Of a stretch of DNA of 64,000 nt, positions 55,265-64,000 are shown piece after piece. Source of the DNA: an uncultured archaeon (GTDB taxonomy: Archaea > Aenigmatarchaeota > Aenigmatarchaeia > Aenigmatarchaeales > DAIDAN01). The stretch is from the NCBI GenBank assembly GCA_964545795.1, contig CAZJGC010000003.1, positions 738 to 64,737 of the forward strand. The letters are read 5' to 3'. Under the pieces are notes generated by a model, which saw nothing but the letters and a program-made list of their open reading frames with translations, searched no databases and had not been told where the DNA came from. The translations under genes and the position numbers were made by a program. Each line of letters begins with the position of its first letter. The stretch's first letter is position 1.

Positions 55265-56383
55265 TCATTCAATCCAATCTTTATTCTTGATTTTTTCAGG
55301 AAGATATACGTCAGAAATAAATGTGATTCCGCGGCTTGAGAGTGCCTGAATTTCCACTTTTCCGTCTATTTCTTTCATCATTTTAAACTGCCTTTGCCAT
55401 TCTTTGTTGTTTTTGAACCATTCATATTTTGATAGTTCTGAAAGCCTTTTTTTGTCCTGTTCTGTTGCTTTTATTATATGTTTTTTTAAATTATATTTTT
55501 CAATATCATCTCCTGTTATTCCAAGGAATTTTGCCCCTGGTAGCGCAAACCTCTCTGATTGATGTGCCAGGTTTATTGAGCCATGTTTTATTACAGAATA
55601 AATATACAGACCCCAACTGTCAAAGTCCGTAAGAACGAAGACAGGAAGTTTATGTTCTATATGCAGGCGCTGCAATAATCTTCTTATTCCTCTTGTTGTC
55701 TGGCCTTGCGATGACAAAATTATGCAGTCCAATTTATCCCATACTTTATCTTCGTGAAGTCTTTCCCATATTGCTGCCTTTTCCATGTAAATTATGAATT
55801 TTGCATCAACTTTCTTGAATTTTATATTTTCAACATTGCTTGGTATAGACCAGCCGCCGCTTCCAAGTTTTGCCCAGTTTATTTCATCACCTTTATCTTC
55901 TATTATAACTTTCCCGGCTACTGAACCGTTTTTGTTTGCGTTTATATGGAGTTGTTCCCTTAACGAGTTTGTAACAAGTTCAAGGTCTTCTACGCATTTG
56001 TCAGTTTCCGTCTGTTCATCTACAATATTTATTTTTGTTCCTGGTATTGTGCGTTTAAGTTGATAGTATACATCTCGCAAACTTGCGGTTTTGTCCATTT
56101 CAATTAATTCCTTGGATACAGCAGCCACTTCTACGGTTTGTACAAATTTTCTTACATGCGCTACGTTAAAGAAATATCTTTTTGAGGAGTGAGTGCCTAA
56201 TGTGAGATAGTTTTTGTTTTTGTCAAAAATTACATTTGAAAGAGCTCTGATAGGAATATCAATGTTTGGGTTTTCACCTTCCTCTATTTCCTTAACAAGT
56301 TTTTTCCCAAGTTCTTCAAGTTTTCTTTTGGTATCATTGCTTTCTTTCTTTTGCATATTCATCCTCTCTATCATTTTCTTCAA
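55265..56383 (-). CDS. top6A: DNA topoisomerase VI subunit A (Spo11-like)
   Basis: Winged-helix segment with the catalytic Tyr region (LRDVYY); Toprim VLTDFDSWGLYIY. Confidence 0.9.
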   Translation of the reverse strand: MKKMIERMNMQKKESNDTKRKLEELGKKLVKEIEEGENPNIDIPIRALSNVIFDKNKNYLTLGTHSSKRYFFNVAHVRKFVQTVEVAAVSKELIEMDKTASLRDVYYQLKRTIPGTKINIVDEQTETDKCVEDLELVTNSLREQLHINANKNGSVAGKVIIEDKGDEINWAKLGSGGWSIPSNVENIKFKKVDAKFIIYMEKAAIWERLHEDKVWDKLDCIILSSQGQTTRGIRRLLQRLHIEHKLPVFVLTDFDSWGLYIYSVIKHGSINLAHQSERFALPGAKFLGITGDDIEKYNLKKHIIKATEQDKKRLSELSKYEWFKNNKEWQRQFKMMKEIDGKVEIQALSSRGITFISDVYLPEKIKNKDWIE

Positions 56384-57956
56384 TATTTGTTTTTTCTTTC
56401 TTTAACATTTTTTCAAGCCCTGTCATTATTTTCTCTTTTTCAATACCTGATAATTTTGCTAATGATTCGGAAACTTCTGGTATGTATTTTTCAAATAAAC
56501 TCTGCCTCTGTTTCAATTCCATTGCTCTTCTTCTGCCTGAAAGATATCTTGCTAATTTTCTTGCGCATTCCTGGACAGCGAGTTTGATTTCCTTCATGAT
56601 TACAGGGTAGCTTGCTATTGCTTCTTTGCCTTCTGATGTGTATGGAACCCATACAGAGCATATATGCACAAGTATTACTATAGGTCCAAAAGGAAGAGAA
56701 CCTTGTTGTTCTATTTTGTAATTTTTCCATGCAATTTTTTGAAGCGCTTTTGTTATTGCGCATGATGATGCCTGATACATTAACGGAACGCGGTTTGCGA
56801 ATCTCAGTATTTTTGCTTGTTGCTGCGTGTTTAAGTTTCCTCCATACCCTATGCATGCTTCTATCTGGAAAGGATTTCCTCTGTATACTGTAGCAGGTCT
56901 TGTAATGCTGGCGACAAAATCAAGATTATACTCTTTTTTAATGCTTTCTTCAAGCAATGATGCTGATATAGGTGATAAACAATCTAGAGGCGGTTTCATT
57001 AGTTTTGCTTCCTGTATTGCCCTGTAGAGTTTTTCTATTTCTTCATGACCAAGTTCGGCGGGTTTCGTGTTTTTGTCTATTCCTGCATTGTTGCAAATTT
57101 CAACAGCGGATGTTGCACCTATTTTGCAGAATTCTTTTGTAAGAAATCCTGCAATGTTTTTTGCTTTTGTGAATTTAAGCATTCTTTCCAGAACTCCAAC
57201 TTCAACTCCATGAGCATGAGGCTTGATTGCTTTTGGTGGTTTTGGCATCTCTTTTGTTGTTCTTTCATATTTTACTTTAACGCCGTCAGGACCCGTGTAA
57301 ATTATTGTTGCAAAAGGATTTACAATTGCTGTTTGTTTTATGTATTCTTCCACAGACTGCTGTCTTTTTATGTATTTTCCTTCAATTTCCATTTGTATTA
57401 GTATGCCATGCTCTTTTATCTTGTCGTTGACTGTTTCATCTTTTATTATTTGCGGCTCGTTTTTTATTGTGTCTATTCTCAATTCAAACATGTGAACAGG
57501 TTTCTCAGGAGATGTTCGCGAGTATATTTTTGTAGGTTTTCCGCTTGTCAACTGAGCGTAAAGAACAGCAGAACTTATGCCAATGCCCTGTTGCCCCCTG
57601 CTTTGTTTTCCTGCTCCAAACTTGCTTCCGTAAAGAAGTTTTCCAAATATTCTCGGTATTTGCTCCTTTACTATGCCCGGGCCATTGTCCTTTACTGATA
57701 CAGAGAACCTGTCTTCTTTTAACTGCTTAATAACAACTTCTATTTCAGGAAGTATTCTTGCTTCTTCGCATGCATCAAGAGAATTGTCAACAGCTTCGCG
57801 AACAACAGTTAGCAGGGCTTTGGCAGGATTGTCAAAACCAAGCAGATGCCTGTTCTTTTCAAAAAATTCTGCAACGCTGATTTCACGATGCGTTGTTGCA
57901 AGCTCTTCGGCAGTTTTTCTTTCCAGCACAAATACCACTATTGTTGATGTTTTCAA
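56334..57956 (-). CDS. top6B: DNA topoisomerase VI subunit B (GHKL ATPase)
   Basis: Bergerat-fold motifs VREAVDNSLDA and GQQGIGISSAVLY. Confidence 0.9.
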   Translation of the reverse strand: MKTSTIVVFVLERKTAEELATTHREISVAEFFEKNRHLLGFDNPAKALLTVVREAVDNSLDACEEARILPEIEVVIKQLKEDRFSVSVKDNGPGIVKEQIPRIFGKLLYGSKFGAGKQSRGQQGIGISSAVLYAQLTSGKPTKIYSRTSPEKPVHMFELRIDTIKNEPQIIKDETVNDKIKEHGILIQMEIEGKYIKRQQSVEEYIKQTAIVNPFATIIYTGPDGVKVKYERTTKEMPKPPKAIKPHAHGVEVGVLERMLKFTKAKNIAGFLTKEFCKIGATSAVEICNNAGIDKNTKPAELGHEEIEKLYRAIQEAKLMKPPLDCLSPISASLLEESIKKEYNLDFVASITRPATVYRGNPFQIEACIGYGGNLNTQQQAKILRFANRVPLMYQASSCAITKALQKIAWKNYKIEQQGSLPFGPIVILVHICSVWVPYTSEGKEAIASYPVIMKEIKLAVQECARKLARYLSGRRRAMELKQRQSLFEKYIPEVSESLAKLSGIEKEKIMTGLEKMLKKEKTNIEENDREDEYAKERKQ

Positions 57957-58038
57957 ACTCTTTTTAAAGAGAAATATATATTAAATTTTTGCAACTATAA
58001 GAGAATAGTGATTTATGTTTATAAATGTTTTTGAGTGT

Positions 58039-58899
58039 TTAAAACCTGAAAATCTGCATCAGGTCTTCTAAGCGGGTAAGATCAGGGTTATTTTTTATAT
58101 TCTTTATATTCATTTGATATCTTGTTTTCTCTGTAGCAGGCTCTGCTGCTATGCTCAATTCCTCCAGCCCCTGCTCTATAGATACTTTAACTCTTTGAAG
58201 ATTTTCATCAATACCTGTAATAAGAGGGTTGGTTAAGGGAATCTCTTCGCATGACTCTGGTTTGAATTTTGAGTTAAGATTTGTTTTAATGCTTCCAAAT
58301 CCAGTATCTAATATGTCTGTGTATGCTCCATAGTTAATTTCAACTTTTATGAGTCCGGGCTTTAAATCATATTCAAATGGATTGGATCCAAGAAAAGCAG
58401 AGAGTTCCATTTGTTTTTTGCTGTAAATTTCAAAGTCAGGGAATAGTTTGTCGATTACTTTATTATGAGTCTTGTTTTTGCACAATAGAGAATTCAACTT
58501 TTTCTTTTCGGTTTCTTTATTGTATTTTCTTAAATATTCTTCTCTTAGTTCAGAACACTCGTTTTTTATGTGCATGAATTCCTGCAGTAAATTTATCTCA
58601 TTAAGATGTTCATGTATGCCCAATTTATCATCCTGCTTATTCAGGGGATAATGCCATTCAAATGTTTTGGAATATGCTTTTATATTTGCTTCAAATCCTG
58701 CGTTCTTTGTATTTTCCAATATAATTTTTAGTGTTGGACATGGAAGATAAGTTGAACCTTCAATAATAAGGTAAAAGTCTGTCTTTCCTGTTTTTCTATT
58801 GTATACTTGGAGAGATTGAGATGTGGAAGTTACATATTCTAATTCAAATTTTTCCTTGAATGTCTTGAATGCATCCTGTATGCCGCCATACGAATTCAT
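58039..58899 (-). CDS. hypothetical protein
   Basis: 286 aa; no recognisable motif. Confidence 0.35.
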   Translation of the reverse strand: MNSYGGIQDAFKTFKEKFELEYVTSTSQSLQVYNRKTGKTDFYLIIEGSTYLPCPTLKIILENTKNAGFEANIKAYSKTFEWHYPLNKQDDKLGIHEHLNEINLLQEFMHIKNECSELREEYLRKYNKETEKKKLNSLLCKNKTHNKVIDKLFPDFEIYSKKQMELSAFLGSNPFEYDLKPGLIKVEINYGAYTDILDTGFGSIKTNLNSKFKPESCEEIPLTNPLITGIDENLQRVKVSIEQGLEELSIAAEPATEKTRYQMNIKNIKNNPDLTRLEDLMQIFRF

Positions 58900-59027
58900 A
58901 CAATAATTTGTTTAGGATATTTTAAATAAATGCTGCCAATACTCTTGAAAATAGTTGCAATGCAAAGCTTTATAAATATAAGTGTTAATTATTGTTTGTA
59001 GAAATCTAAATTCTAAAGGTTTTTAGT

Positions 59028-59639
59028 ATGGAACTTTTAAAAACAGGAACAACAACTCTTGGATTGATATATAAAGATGGCGTTATTTTGGTAGCAGACA
59101 AAAAAGCAACTCTTGGATATCTTGTGGAGAGCAAAAACTCCCAGAAAATATATAAACTTGATGAACACATTGCTCTTACCATAGCAGGGGGTGCTGGGGA
59201 TGCCCAGTCTCTTGTAAGGTTGTTAAGAGCCCAGTTTAACCTTTACAAACTTGACAGAGGACCTATAACTGTCAAGGCTGCTGCAACTCTTTTGTCAAAC
59301 ATATTGCAGGGAAGCAAATACTTTCCTTACATGGTTCAGTTGCTTATGGCAGGATATGACTCAAAACCAGGATTATATTCAATAGATGCTGTAGGTGCTT
59401 ATGATTCAAAAGATAACTTCTACTCAACAGGTTCAGGCTCTCCAATGGCATACGGTGTTCTTGAAGCTGAATACAAAAAAGGTATGGTATTGGATGATGC
59501 ATTGAAACTGGCATTGAAAGCCGCAAAAGCTGCCGTGCAAAGAGATATTGCATCAGGAGGGAACGGGTTTGCAGTTTTTGTAATAACAAAAGATGGTTGC
59601 AAAGAGTTGAGCGAACAGGAAATAAAAAAGTTTGTTTAA
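59028..59639 (+). CDS. psmB: proteasome subunit beta
   Basis: Propeptide followed by TTTLGL (Thr1 nucleophile); 203 aa. Confidence 0.9.
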   Translation: MELLKTGTTTLGLIYKDGVILVADKKATLGYLVESKNSQKIYKLDEHIALTIAGGAGDAQSLVRLLRAQFNLYKLDRGPITVKAAATLLSNILQGSKYFPYMVQLLMAGYDSKPGLYSIDAVGAYDSKDNFYSTGSGSPMAYGVLEAEYKKGMVLDDALKLALKAAKAAVQRDIASGGNGFAVFVITKDGCKELSEQEIKKFV

Positions 59640-59684
59640 AGATTTTTTGCTGGTTATTCTAATTAATGAAGTAAAATTCTAAAG

Positions 59685-61571
59685 GTGAATATTTTGGAAG
59701 AGAAAACAAGCGACTTTTTTAACAGAATAAAGTCTATGGTGCCTTCAGACATAGAAATATCAGACATAAGGTTTGAGGGCTGTGAAATTGTTTTGTATAC
59801 AAAAAACAAAAAGGCGTTTTCAGAGAACGGAGAATTTATAAGGGAAATTGTATCAAAAATTAAGAAAAGAGTAATATTAAGAGCAGATCCTTCGCTGTGC
59901 ATGAATCCTGAAAATGCAAAGGAAATTATAAAAGAACTGACGCCGAAGGATGCAGGGCTTAAGGAAATAAATTTTGAACCTGCTTTCGGAACTGTTATTC
60001 TTGAAGCCGAGAAGCCTGGACTTGTTATAGGAAAGAATGGCGAAACTCTTAAAGAAATAAAAAAACAGACGCTTTGGGACCCTATAGTTAAGAGAGTTCC
60101 CGTAATATCAAGCGATGTTGTAAAAACGCTGAGGGAAATCTTATATAAAGAAAGCGTGTTTAGAAAGGATTTTCTTGACAAGATTGGAAGAAAGATACAT
60201 AGCGGATGGAAAGGAACAGACTGGATAAGGCTTACTGCTTTGGGAGGTTTTCGGGAAGTGGGACGTTCTGCGCTGTTATTGCAGACTCCGGAAAGCAAGG
60301 TGCTCCTTGATTGCGGAATAAAACCAGGAAATAATGAATTTCCGTATTTAACTGTTCCTGAATTTGATATACAAACTCTTAATGCGGTAGTAATATCTCA
60401 TGCCCATCTTGATCATGTAGGAATGATACCTTATTTATATGAATATGGATATGAAGGCCCTCTTTACTGTACTGCTCCTACAAGAGACTTAATGGTTTTG
60501 CTTTGCATGGATTTTATTAATATTTCTCAAAGAGAATTAGGGCAATCTATCTATACAACAAAAGGAATTAAAGAGGCTGTCAAACGTTCCATATGCCTTG
60601 AATACGGAGAGGTTTCTGATATAACTCCTGATATGAGGCTTACTCTTGCAAATGCAGGCCATGTTCTTGGCAGTTCAATAACGCATATACATATAGGCAA
60701 TGGAATGCATAATGTAATTTATACAGGAGATTTCAAATATGACAGAACAGCTTTATTTGAGCCTGCATCTACCGCTTTCACTCGGGCGGAAACAATAATA
60801 ATTGAGAGCACATACGGCGGTGAAAAGGACATACAGCCCACGCGCGCTACATCCGAAGCCAATTTATTGAATACTGTAAAGAAAGTTATGGACAGAAGAG
60901 GGAAGGTTATAATACCTGCTTTTGCTGTTGAACGTGCGCAGGATGTTATGGCTATATTGGCTGAGAACGAGTTTGAATATCCTGTTTATCTTGATGGCAT
61001 GCTATGGGATGCAACGGCAATTTACACTGCCTATCCTGAATATATGAGCAGGGAGATTCAGAACCTAATATTCCATAAGGGTTTCAATCCTTTCACTGCT
61101 GAAATTTTCAAGAGGGTTGGTTCTGCCGATGAAAGAAAATCTGTTATAGAAGACAAGGAACCATGCGTGATTATTTCTACATCTGGAATGCTTACAGGAG
61201 GACCTGTTATGGAGTATTTGAAGAGGCTTTGCGAAGATGAGAAAAACATGCTCATGTTTGTGGGTTATCAGGGAGAGGGAACTTTTGGAAGAAGAATACA
61301 AAGGGGTTGGAAGGAAATGCCAATACATGAAAATGGAAAAAATATAACTCTTCCTATAAGGTGTGAAATTTCAACTGTTGAGGGTCTTTCAGGTCATAGT
61401 GATAACAAGCAACTTATAAATTATGTTTCAAGATTGCGCGCAAAACCCGAGAGAATAATATGCAATCATGGCGACAATCTGAAATGCGGAGAGCTTGCAA
61501 GAACAATGCACAGAATTTTCAGATGCGAGACAATGGCGCCGAAACTGCTTGAAACAGTTAGATTGAAATAA
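59685..61571 (+). CDS. aCPSF1/FttA beta-CASP ribonuclease (transcription termination factor) with N-terminal KH domains
   Basis: Two KH domains, metallo-beta-lactamase HAHLDHVG, and beta-CASP motifs; 628 aa. Confidence 0.9.
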   Translation: MNILEEKTSDFFNRIKSMVPSDIEISDIRFEGCEIVLYTKNKKAFSENGEFIREIVSKIKKRVILRADPSLCMNPENAKEIIKELTPKDAGLKEINFEPAFGTVILEAEKPGLVIGKNGETLKEIKKQTLWDPIVKRVPVISSDVVKTLREILYKESVFRKDFLDKIGRKIHSGWKGTDWIRLTALGGFREVGRSALLLQTPESKVLLDCGIKPGNNEFPYLTVPEFDIQTLNAVVISHAHLDHVGMIPYLYEYGYEGPLYCTAPTRDLMVLLCMDFINISQRELGQSIYTTKGIKEAVKRSICLEYGEVSDITPDMRLTLANAGHVLGSSITHIHIGNGMHNVIYTGDFKYDRTALFEPASTAFTRAETIIIESTYGGEKDIQPTRATSEANLLNTVKKVMDRRGKVIIPAFAVERAQDVMAILAENEFEYPVYLDGMLWDATAIYTAYPEYMSREIQNLIFHKGFNPFTAEIFKRVGSADERKSVIEDKEPCVIISTSGMLTGGPVMEYLKRLCEDEKNMLMFVGYQGEGTFGRRIQRGWKEMPIHENGKNITLPIRCEISTVEGLSGHSDNKQLINYVSRLRAKPERIICNHGDNLKCGELARTMHRIFRCETMAPKLLETVRLK

Positions 61572-61599
61572 GTGATTTTCAACCGACAAGCATAAAAGT

Positions 61600-63015
61600 A
61601 TGTTCTTCATAAGAACTATTATGTCAGTAATGATTGGGCTGGAAACCCATGTGCAGTTGAGCACTAATACAAAACTTTTCTGCGGCTGTTCTCTTAAGAG
61701 AATTAGCGAGGCTAAACCCAATACCAGATGTTGTCCGACATGTTTGGGCATGCCAGGTTCAAAGCCAAGATTAAATAAATCTGCAATAGAGGCAGCAGTA
61801 AAAATAGCGCTTGCTTTAGAATGCAAAATTAACAGGAATTTTTTCTTTTCAAGAAAAAGTTATTTTTATCCTGATATGAGCAAAAATTTCCAGATAACGC
61901 AGTATGAAGTGCCTATAGCAGAGTCTGGCGTAATGAAAATGGAGAAAAAAGAAATAAGGATAAGAAGAATAAATATAGAAGAAGACCCTGCAAAGCTTGT
62001 TCATGTTGGCGGTTCAATAACAACAGCCAAAAATGTTCTTGTTGACTACAATCGCTCAGGCATTCCTTTGTGCGAAATTGTGACAGAACCGGATTTTGCA
62101 TCGCCTAAAGAAGCAAGAATTTTTCTGCAAAAACTTGCTATGGTTCTGAAATATCTTAAGGTTTTTGAGGCTGATGAATTTTCATTAAAAACAGATGCGA
62201 ACATATCAATAGAGGGCGGGGAGCGCGTGGAAGTCAAAAATATAACAGGCTTCAGGGAAATAGAAAAAGCGCTGAATTATGAAATAGTCAGACAGAGAAA
62301 CATTATCAGAACAGGCAGGAAAATAAGCAGAGAGACGCGTGCATGGGATGCAGTTTCAAATGTTACAAAACCTCTGCGAACAAAGGAAGGAGAAGATGAT
62401 TATGGATATATTTTTGAGCCTGATTTAACTGAAATAGAACTGACGGAAAATCAGATAGTTGGTATAAAAGAAAAGCTGCCTGAACTGGCTCATCAGAAAT
62501 TTGAGAGATACCAGAAAGAATTTTCTATAAGCAAGGAACTTAGCTACTCAATAGCTTCTGATATAGAAATGGCGCAGTTTTTTGAGGATATTGCAAAGAA
62601 CATTGAACCAAAGTTTGCTGCATCATGGATTCTTGTGCTTAAGAAAATATTGAATTATAATGACATTATGGTTAGTGAAATGAAAATGGGAAAAAATGAT
62701 TTTGAAAAACTGCTGAATGTTATAAAATCCGGAAAACTTTCAGACAGGGCAGGAGAACTTGTTTTAAGGGAAATTGTTAATAGTCCGGAAAAATTAGATG
62801 AAACAATAGAAAGGTATATAAAGACAAATTCCGAAGAACTTGAAAAAGTTGTTGATAATGTGCTTGAAAAAAACATGAAGGCTGTTAATGATTACAAGTC
62901 AGGAAACAAGGCTTCTATAGAGTTTCTTATTGGTCAGTCAATGCGCGAAACAGGAGGCAAGGCAGATGCAAGGGAAATAAGAAAAATAATTGAAAAGAAA
63001 TTAAATAACATTTAA
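61600..63015 (+). CDS. gatB: Asp/Glu-tRNA(Asn/Gln) amidotransferase subunit B
   Basis: IGLETHVQLSTNTKLFCGCS N-terminal signature; 471 aa with a YqeY-like C-terminal domain. Confidence 0.85.
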   Translation: MFFIRTIMSVMIGLETHVQLSTNTKLFCGCSLKRISEAKPNTRCCPTCLGMPGSKPRLNKSAIEAAVKIALALECKINRNFFFSRKSYFYPDMSKNFQITQYEVPIAESGVMKMEKKEIRIRRINIEEDPAKLVHVGGSITTAKNVLVDYNRSGIPLCEIVTEPDFASPKEARIFLQKLAMVLKYLKVFEADEFSLKTDANISIEGGERVEVKNITGFREIEKALNYEIVRQRNIIRTGRKISRETRAWDAVSNVTKPLRTKEGEDDYGYIFEPDLTEIELTENQIVGIKEKLPELAHQKFERYQKEFSISKELSYSIASDIEMAQFFEDIAKNIEPKFAASWILVLKKILNYNDIMVSEMKMGKNDFEKLLNVIKSGKLSDRAGELVLREIVNSPEKLDETIERYIKTNSEELEKVVDNVLEKNMKAVNDYKSGNKASIEFLIGQSMRETGGKADAREIRKIIEKKLNNI

Positions 63016-63030
63016 ATACTCTTTTCACAA

Positions 63031-64000
63031 ATGATGTTTATGTTTGATGTTATGCTTGCTCAGCTTTTTGGACAAGGCGACTGGTTGGGCACTATTATAT
63101 CATTCGCTTTTATTTTCCTTCTGGTAATTTTCGGTCCAAGACTTATGATAACTCAGACAGTCATGAAGCTTGAAAAAGATGTTCTGGAACTTGAAAATAT
63201 GGCTTCAAAGGCAAGAAAATTTACAGTAAAAAGATTTATTGAGAATCCGTCCAGAGAAGCAAATGAAAAGGTAAAGAGTTTTATGGATTTTTTTGTTGCT
63301 GTTCCTGTAAGCACAGACCCATTTGGCATTATAAAGAAAATTGATGCTGTGATGCGGCATGGAAACAAAAAACACAAACTTTTCGTAGAGTCGCTTGCAC
63401 CAGGCATAAGCAAGACAGAAAAAATGAATTTTAGCGCTGCGCTTGCGCATAGTTCAGGAATTCAACAAATAGCCAAAATAATGAGGCATTATCTTGAAAC
63501 TATAAAAAAATACAAAATTTTCCAACTTGCAATGATTTTGCAGATGCAGTTTCCGTTAATAAAGAGAATGGCAGTGGCGCTTTATGATTCTGTTGATGCC
63601 TTTACAAAAGGGTTGCCTATCGGAGACGGAATTGGCCCAATGGTTGTTGCAAATATGATACCTTCTGAAAGGAATGTTAAAAAAATAGAGTCTGAGGAAT
63701 TTGTTTATTATAAAACCAAAATAAATGGAAGGGATGTCATACTTTCAAAGGCTGACGGTCCCGGCGCATCCATAGGGCATCCTGGCAAGTTTGTTGAGTA
63801 TATTGCAAAGAAGGAAAAAATAACAAGAATAATATCAGTAGATGCCGCCATGGGATTGGAGGGAGAAAAGCCGGGAAGCATAGCAGAAGGTGTTGGCTTT
63901 GGAATGCGCGGTTCAAACCCTGTTGATTCTTTTGAAATAGAGGAAATTGCAACAAAAAAAGGAATATTGCTTGATTCAATAGCAATTAAACAAATAGGAG
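63031..64000 (+). CDS. DUF1512-like archaeal membrane protein, partial (runs off the window end)
   Basis: Manual translation from the ATG at 63031 gives MMFMFDVMLAQLFGQGDWLGTIISFAFIFLLVIFGPRLMITQ... with no stop through 64000. It is not in the ORF track. The opposite-strand track ORFs 63153..63413, 63205..63450 and 63737..63985 are antisense artefacts. Confidence 0.4.
   Translation, partial: MMFMFDVMLAQLFGQGDWLGTIISFAFIFLLVIFGPRLMITQTVMKLEKDVLELENMASKARKFTVKRFIENPSREANEKVKSFMDFFVAVPVSTDPFGIIKKIDAVMRHGNKKHKLFVESLAPGISKTEKMNFSAALAHSSGIQQIAKIMRHYLETIKKYKIFQLAMILQMQFPLIKRMAVALYDSVDAFTKGLPIGDGIGPMVVANMIPSERNVKKIESEEFVYYKTKINGRDVILSKADGPGASIGHPGKFVEYIAKKEKITRIISVDAAMGLEGEKPGSIAEGVGFGMRGSNPVDSFEIEEIATKKGILLDSIAIKQIG

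Overview
This 64-kb window is an AT-rich (~33% GC), gene-dense stretch of an archaeal chromosome, probably from a small-genome DPANN-like or otherwise streamlined archaeon. It contains no CRISPR array, integrase or transposase. Most of it encodes core informational machinery, summarised below.

- **Replication island (3.3-12.7 kb):** a predicted oriC with inverted ORB elements, then orc1/cdc6, a DP1/B-subunit-like protein, and a family-B DNA polymerase. A second pair of full ORB elements with G-strings lies just downstream. Nearby are an XRE-family regulator, a CBS-pair protein, a YggU-family protein and archaeal DnaG.
- **Other replication and repair genes:** RadA, an RPA-like SSB, an archaeal histone, Topo VI A and B, endonuclease III and an Ogg2-type glycosylase.
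- **Translation and RNA processing:** AlaRS, GlyRS, GatB, aCPSF1/FttA, the proteasome beta subunit, and an archaeosine pathway (ArcTGT plus a radical-SAM/ArcS-like fusion).
- **Nucleotide and redox metabolism:** a class III anaerobic RNR operon (nrdD, a small glutaredoxin-like gene, nrdG), a thioredoxin system (trxA, trxB, membrane thioredoxin), and a frameshifted malic enzyme.
- **Peptidases and transport:** three tandem aminopeptidases (M24, M42, M29-like), an ABC-2 transporter and a CPA antiporter.
- **tRNA genes and splicing:** three intron-containing tRNAs: Gln with two introns, Phe with apparently three, and Asn with one. Both paralogous subunits of a heteromeric tRNA-splicing endonuclease are adjacent in the window.

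The most unusual signals are these:

1. A dense array of 11-bp-phased GTGAA(C) direct repeats, including the perfect palindrome ATGTTCACGTGAACAT, runs through the nrdD/nrdH/nrdG intergenic regions, inside nrdG coding DNA, and flanks the ORB elements.
2. An 860-bp gene-free region between the histone gene and a wHTH gene carries about seven copies of TTAACTCTCACTTT plus hairpins.
3. A DP1-like protein that appears to lack phosphoesterase motifs sits in conserved oriC-cdc6-DP1 synteny, but is followed by polB rather than PolD large subunit.

All functional calls are from motif and architecture recognition by eye. No database search was run.
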